Positions 58,600 through 64,000 of a DNA stretch of 64,000 nucleotides are shown one piece after another. The stretch comes from Fimbriosthenelais zetlandica. Its lineage: Eukaryota. Position numbers and translations under genes: made by a program. Location: positions 61,194,001-61,258,000 of the forward strand of contig OZ365109.1 in NCBI GenBank assembly GCA_977030845.1, read 5' to 3'. Within the stretch, counting starts at the first letter, position 1. Each line of letters begins with the position of its first letter. The notes beneath the pieces are model-generated. The model was not told the origin of the DNA, did no database searches, and saw only the letters and a list, made by a program, of their open reading frames with translations.

Positions 58600-58860
58600 T
58601 GGAGCCCGTGTTTGTGGTTATGCCACTCTGGCATGGCCAGTGGCATTCAAGTCGAGAGGAGAGAAGCAATGGCTACGTATGGGGAGTATACAGAGGGCTC
58701 TCCACACGGCCTGTTCACTGCTGGTTGTATACAAACGCCCTGTCTCAACAATCTGTGGCCAGCAGTCACAGCCATATCCAATTTACTGAATGATCACTTG
58801 GAGGTTCTTCCTTTTCACACACTTAAACAAGAATTTCTTCTGGGCCAGTTCCTCTATAAA
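58600..58860 (-). mobile_element. Possible decayed LINE ORF2 fragment
   Basis: Minus frame KKFLFKCVKRKNLQVIIQ*IGYGCDCW...EQAVWRALCILPIRSH resembles the post-RT YG(C/S)xxW region. Confidence 0.3.
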
Positions 58861-59170
58861 AACTGCCACTATACAGTACAACATAGAATCTCACACAAAT
58901 ATTATAGACATGATAATATGCCATAATCACAGCTCATCAACATTATTCTGATCATTCACGTCATATCTTTATCACCCCTGCTATTTAGTAACAGTTTTGT
59001 CTGATGGAAATATATGAAAGAATGGCTAATAAATTGTATAACACTCAGAGGGTGAGTTCATTCTTCAGTATGTGTAATAAAGGGCCACCTTATATTATAT
59101 TTTCAAAGTAAAGGCACAGGTTCTAGATTTTAGAGTGGGACTTCTGAACTGATCCATCTTTGGATATTAC

Positions 59171-59207
59171 CCAACCTGTAGCAAACTTCATAAAGCTTGA
59201 TGAATAT
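59171..59207 (-). CDS. Candidate upstream PNKD exon (IFIKLYEVCYRLG), one base short of the needed phase
   Basis: CTATTCTCTTCAG| and |GTAATA. CYRLG resembles the LLFRIG that precedes YSLY in a human PNKD isoform (from memory). It ends in phase 1, whereas exon 48792 needs phase 2. Confidence 0.35.
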
Positions 59208-59425
59208 CTGAAGAGAATAGGAGATAGCCATATCATTCTCATGTTACAAGGAGTCTATAGGCTTTTTAACCCTTGGCTCAGTATATGGCAGTATAGTTTC
59301 AGGCTAAGATGCCTTGTAGGGCCTCCTTTCTACATATCACTGCCTTGATCAGCCAGGGATGAGACAAGGCCGAGCCTGTGATCTCAGCTGGGTTAATACA
59401 GTCATTTTCTACCAGCAGTAGCCTA

Positions 59426-60760
59426 CAGAGCTGCATGAAAGCTGGGTGGGCAGGGAGGGGCCGAGGCACTGAAGGTCCCCACCAGCATTATGTATATTAT
59501 ATTACATAAAGGCGAAATCAACTAAACCCTGATGAGCCACAATGTCACTTCTTTTCATGTCCCCGTTTCTGCTATTTGTAAGTTATTATGACTTTTGAAG
59601 TTGAAATTCATTATTTTGCCTTCATTTGTCAGTGTGTACACGCATGAATGGATAACATAATCCCATTGATTTCTTGTCTGAATTGTAAAACAGCAACTCT
59701 CTGGTGTGACACAGAGTCATAAATAGTCCTGACAGGCCTGCGTGACAAGTGGAAAACCGACAGCAGAGAGTTCGTACAATGGTGAAAATAGCAAGTTGAA
59801 CAGCTGTAGCTCAGAAATGAAGACCAATAAACTGGCAAAGCTGCTGTAATCCTGGACATGAAATTTCATACTTCCAGCCTCAAAGCGAGGTCTTTCAAGC
59901 TCTGATTCGTTTTGAACTCTTAAAGAAGGCCTCAGTTGCTCTGGAGGCAGGTCGTATGGGCTGATGTATGGTTTGGCCGGTCACCTGTCAATGGCCATTG
60001 GAAGTCGGTAGTAAGAGGGATTGATTGACAAGGCCAGTGGACACTGGCAGGTGGGGGCGTGACCCTGGAGAATCAGGTGGGTGGGGCCTGACAAAGAGAT
60101 TGACATGCTGGGGTGGAGAGATGTCACAAAGGGGTGAGATGAACAAGTCCTGGGGTCAGACTAGGATTGGCCGGTAAACTTTCATAGCATGCAAGTCGGA
60201 CATTTTCATGATTTAAGATTAATAATCAGCACCAGTGGAGTGAAAATGGAAAGCCCTGGAGCAGCTGGTTTTTACTGTGTACGATGGTGTATTTTTTTCC
60301 CGTTTTTTTCTTCTTTTTGAGGGGGGGGGGGGGGTCATCATCAAAAATAATATTTAGATCATTATGAGGAAATCACACAGTGGGTCAAAGGCCTTTTTAC
60401 TGAACCCCAGATACTGGGTCAGAGCTTTGATGTTTGTCCCCACAGCAATACGAGGCAGTCACGAGAAGCAGACATAAAAGTGTTTGTAAGGGTCATGAAG
60501 GCTCTACTCCTGCTGTGTGTTGGTTCAGGCCATGGTAGGAGGCTCTACAATAGGCAGATAACTGGCTCAAGGAGCTTTTGTGCTGCAGGGGAATTACCTG
60601 AAATAAATGATAACGCCCAATGTCACTCCAACAGCAGCTTAAAGTGATTTATGCTCTGCCACGTGGAGCCACTGTTACCTATTTATAGTCTTATATCTTG
60701 GCCTGTATTTCACTCATCACAATAAATGCGTTTAATGTTGCACCAAACTCGGCTTCTATT
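59426..60760 (-). mobile_element. Decayed hAT-family transposon remnant
   Basis: Frameshifted SLLVFISEL...LYELSAVGFPLVTQAC and QEINGIMLSIH resemble the hAT dimerisation domain; CAGAGCTGC...GGGCAGGGAGGGGCC is a terminus-like tract at 59426. Confidence 0.3.
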
Positions 60761-61260
60761 GGATGAGACTGATCTACTGACTGGGATTAGGCACAATAAA
60801 ATCTTCTAGCATGACTCTACAGATGTCCCATACAAGTTGGAACCATCTGAAAATTGCGCTAATGTCCGACAGAATAGTAATACTTATTGCCCCCGTCCTT
60901 CACCGTTCATATAAAGGGCCTACTCCTAAAGGCCCTCCAAGTGACCCTACCTTTCAAACACCTACTCCTATAGACAGTATAGTCATGACTAGTTTTCCTC
61001 AACCCCTTCATGTAATTGAGGTTATTGTCCATAGTTCCTTATTTATACATTCATACATTTCTCTGTCCGGCTCATGTAATGGTAAAAGGGAGATAGCCGG
61101 GGCCATGGTGGACTGTCTATAAGTGCTGCAGCTAGGGCTTTATTAACGGATAACAAGGCTTGGTTATGGCCGGTTATGGCAGGCTGCTGCATCCAGCGCC
61201 AATTAGAAGTTTACGGCCAGCTTGACTCGCCATAACCCAGTCACCGGGGGCTCGTACTCA

Positions 61261-61266
61261 CCTCCA
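61261..61266 (-). CDS. Candidate first coding exon (ATG GAG) of the PNKD-like gene
   Basis: GCCGTC ATG GAG|GTGAGT on the minus strand: strong start context plus a consensus donor. Linkage to PNKD is inferred. Confidence 0.3.
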
Positions 61267-63169
61267 TGACGGCTTCCCTTAGCCGGGGAGAATTACTGTA
61301 GCCACTTGATAAGGCTAGGCTTGTTCATTTCTCTAAAATATATTTTAGGTTCTCGCCATATTTTTCACAAGAGGTCAACATATTTCGTCCTGAAAACAAT
61401 TTAATTTTATATAATTTTAATTATGTAATTGTCACCTATATAGAGTATGTTGTTGGATTTTGGTCTATAAATGGAATCATAAAGGTATCAAAATATTTGA
61501 AAATTTTAGAAAGAAAAATGGAATGAGGGACTGAAGACAAGTTGAGGGGGAGTAAGTCCAGGGTGTCAGGCATGGGAGACGAGCAGGAAGGAACTGCTCG
61601 TCTCCTCAGACATTGCCTCTTAACAAGCAAAACGATGGCCTGTGCTTGTCAAACACTGGACCTATTCAGGTGCTACAGTGACAAGGCTGATACTGTACTG
61701 CTGAGACCAGAACTAATTCCATGTATATCAGAAACTATGTCTACTGTTTACACAATCAGATCTCATTCTATAGTCTCAGTTTATATATACAAACCGAGAT
61801 GAGAAATATGCAATATGATACATGAACATTAGTCACTCTGCTATACAGAGTATAATCTAAGTATGTCTCTGCTGATAAAAGCAGAACTACGTAGCCCTCA
61901 GGCTATTCTCAATATGCATGCTTTTATGCTCATACGAGTTCTTACATGCTATGATATATAGCTTCATAGAAAGGTAAATATGTAGAAAGTATAGGAGCAA
62001 GGACAATAGCCTTCAGGCCTTGAAGACTGATAGATACATTTCCTGCTGAAAGAAATAAAATATTGATGTGTAGGCCTATACATTATACATAATCATCACA
62101 TTCAGACGACTCATCAATTCCTTTAAGAAACATCAAAAGAATGAGGCGATAAAATAATCAACCGCATCCTGAGCCATGAAAGAATCCGACAGAAGCAAGG
62201 TATTGAAAGCCAGAGGAAGAATGGATGAAACATTTCTACTTTTGCCACATTATCCCATAGCAAATCAATTCTTAAATCCCTACAGCACTTAGAATCATAA
62301 GTGGTTCTTACAGAACTCCCTATACAATATAACATTCTGCTCCGTACTGCTAACATTTATACTGCGGGATATAACATAAAAGGAAACTACTTTGTTCCCT
62401 GACTATTTAAATTTTGTATAGATCATGCATATGGCAGTTGAAAAGGAATAGTCTGAATGAATAATTGCTTCAAATTCAGAATTACAGAACAGAGAGAGGA
62501 GCAGACAATGTGCGAGTAGAGCAGCCTGTTAAGAACAGTAGAGGGTTCTTTTTATAATCACGAAGCTACCCTTTACCTCCCCTGTAGGCATTCAGAAGGG
62601 AGCCTGAGTGTGTCATGCATTGGAATGCCTTGATAAAGCTTCAACCCTGTACACTGATTCACAGCCTTCCCTCAGTAGACGCCACACCCTTCCCTTTGTG
62701 AGGCACAGGCGGGTATGCTTTTTCCTCTTTACAAACGTTTTTTCTCCAGACTTTCCTATCTGCAACATTAATTCTTCCTAGAACGAACCCCACCCCCGAC
62801 CATCTACAATTTATCCCCCACCATTGCACTTACCTTTCCCACCCCCACCCACTACATTTCACCTGCCCACCCACCTCCTACCCACCAAGGCTCAGACCTC
62901 TCCTCTACACAACTCTTCTTGTTTAAAGGGACAAAGAGAACCGTTTCCGGAATGTGTGAGTCGCTCAACTCGCACGCGATGCTGCTACTGTAATGAACTG
63001 GCTGACCAAAGGAGAACTAGAAAGGCAATATCATTAAAGTTTCATAGTAACTGTTTATTAAATCAGGGTCAATCCATTGCAAGCTCTCAGCAGAGAGCAA
63101 GTAGCAGCAAGAGCGTTGGTACATTTAACATACATGTGATCGTATAACAAAAGATGTGGTAAGTACAAA

Positions 63170-64000
63170 AAGGGTGAGCTTCACAGGTGCTCATACGGGA
63201 GACGGGTAAGACCCGGCCCTCCGTAAGCGCAGTCAAGTCCAGGAGCGACCCGGACCCAACGAGCACTTCCGTAAGCGTTTCCCGTGGATACGGGAGGATG
63301 ATACGGGTTTTCCTCCGGGAAACCCGTATCCGGACCCGCAGAGGCCCAGATACGTAAAGACTTGTAGAGTTAAGCCCCTTACGAGGCCGTAGGCCGGACC
63401 GGTCGTGGTCCAACCCATAAACAGGAATGTTCCCGGAACTTCTACCCGAGCGGTTAAGCCCGGACGGAAAGCCCGGGGTGGCTAGTAGTCTCTCCGGAGA
63501 CCACGCGGCTATCACAGAAACCAACTCAATCCGACCTCCCCAATAAGGTCGGGACTCGAAGCCCGTCGTGGCCGAGAACACTTGAAGTCGGTGATGGTGA
63601 GCGGACTCGCTCGGGAGACCGCGGATCAACCCTAGCCAGGAGAAGACCGACTTGTAGCAGTGAAAGGGAGAGACCCATAATGGCTCCACCATGAACAGCT
63701 GAGGTGACTCAGATGTTCAGACTGTCTTGCAGACCAATATCACTACGACAAGTCACACACAGCATTATATACCTCATAATACAATACATGTCAATATAGA
63801 ATAATTATACTCATAACTTAGAGACTTCCACCTTAAGTAACTCAACTAGTAAAACACACATCTAGTGAAATACCAACATAAGGTCAGTAGAACAATAATT
63901 ATTACCAACACCACAGGTGGCGCGGATACACAATCCGGAGCATCCGTATTTCCGCACGGGGGTAACTCACGCATGCGCAGAAGACACATTTAGACCCGTA
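63170..64000 (-). mobile_element. Possible 5' end of an LTR retroelement: LTR (>=63692), PBS (63684-63691) and GC-rich leader
   Basis: Minus strand ...GCTGTTCA|TGGTGGAG is a CA end followed directly by a PBS-like TGG. TATATAA lies ~75 bp upstream. The downstream ~500 bp is CpG-rich with hairpins. No gag/pol recognised and the second LTR is not visible. Confidence 0.4.

Noticed and set aside
59511-59538. Hammerhead ribozyme-like GGCGAAA...CTGATGAGCC
   Set aside because: Only 11 nt separate GAAA from CTGATGA, too few for stems I and III and the cleavage triplet.
63087-63692. 201-aa ORF, the longest in the track
   Set aside because: It lies in GC-rich stop-poor sequence, its ATG overlaps the PBS-like site, and no domain is recognisable.
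63910-63923. CTCF-like CCACAGGTGGCGC
   Set aside because: The 5' half deviates from consensus and such strings are common in LTR-type repeats; a single motif is not enough.

Overview
AT-rich, intron-containing animal genomic DNA. A marine invertebrate such as an echinoderm is my inference from composition and repeat style, not something the sequence proves. Almost all entries in the ORF track are chance ORFs. Well-supported genes: (1) a minus-strand PNKD-like metallo-beta-lactamase (glyoxalase II family) with nine hand-spliced coding exons from 48792 to 28338, a 14.6-kb intron and an unresolved 5' end; (2) two tandem plus-strand, three-exon VOPP1/WBP1 (Shisa-like) single-pass PPxY adaptor genes at 20039-20960 and 21932-22829, apparently with only an MxCxxC ectodomain. 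Probable genes: an orphan membrane protein with a His-rich tail (11474-11986) and a 64-aa two-helix microprotein (13810-14004). Mobile and repeat content: a 4.1-kb CACTG-terminated EnSpm/CMC-like element (7354-11446) that carries its own exon chain and a nested Harbinger MITE and ends 27 bp upstream of the His-tail ORF; a ~2.5-kb giant inverted repeat with two outward-facing tRNA-like modules; a 1.48-kb composite TIR element; a 41-bp minisatellite growing out of a stop codon; a 5'-truncated LINE with a 28-A tail; a TTAA MITE; and decayed hAT, LINE, Penelope-like and LTR-like pieces. The palindromes TAGGCCTA and TACATGTA are strongly over-represented, and two duplicated segments suggest they arise by micro-insertion. 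No CRISPR array or prokaryotic features. All alignments, translations and counts were done by eye.
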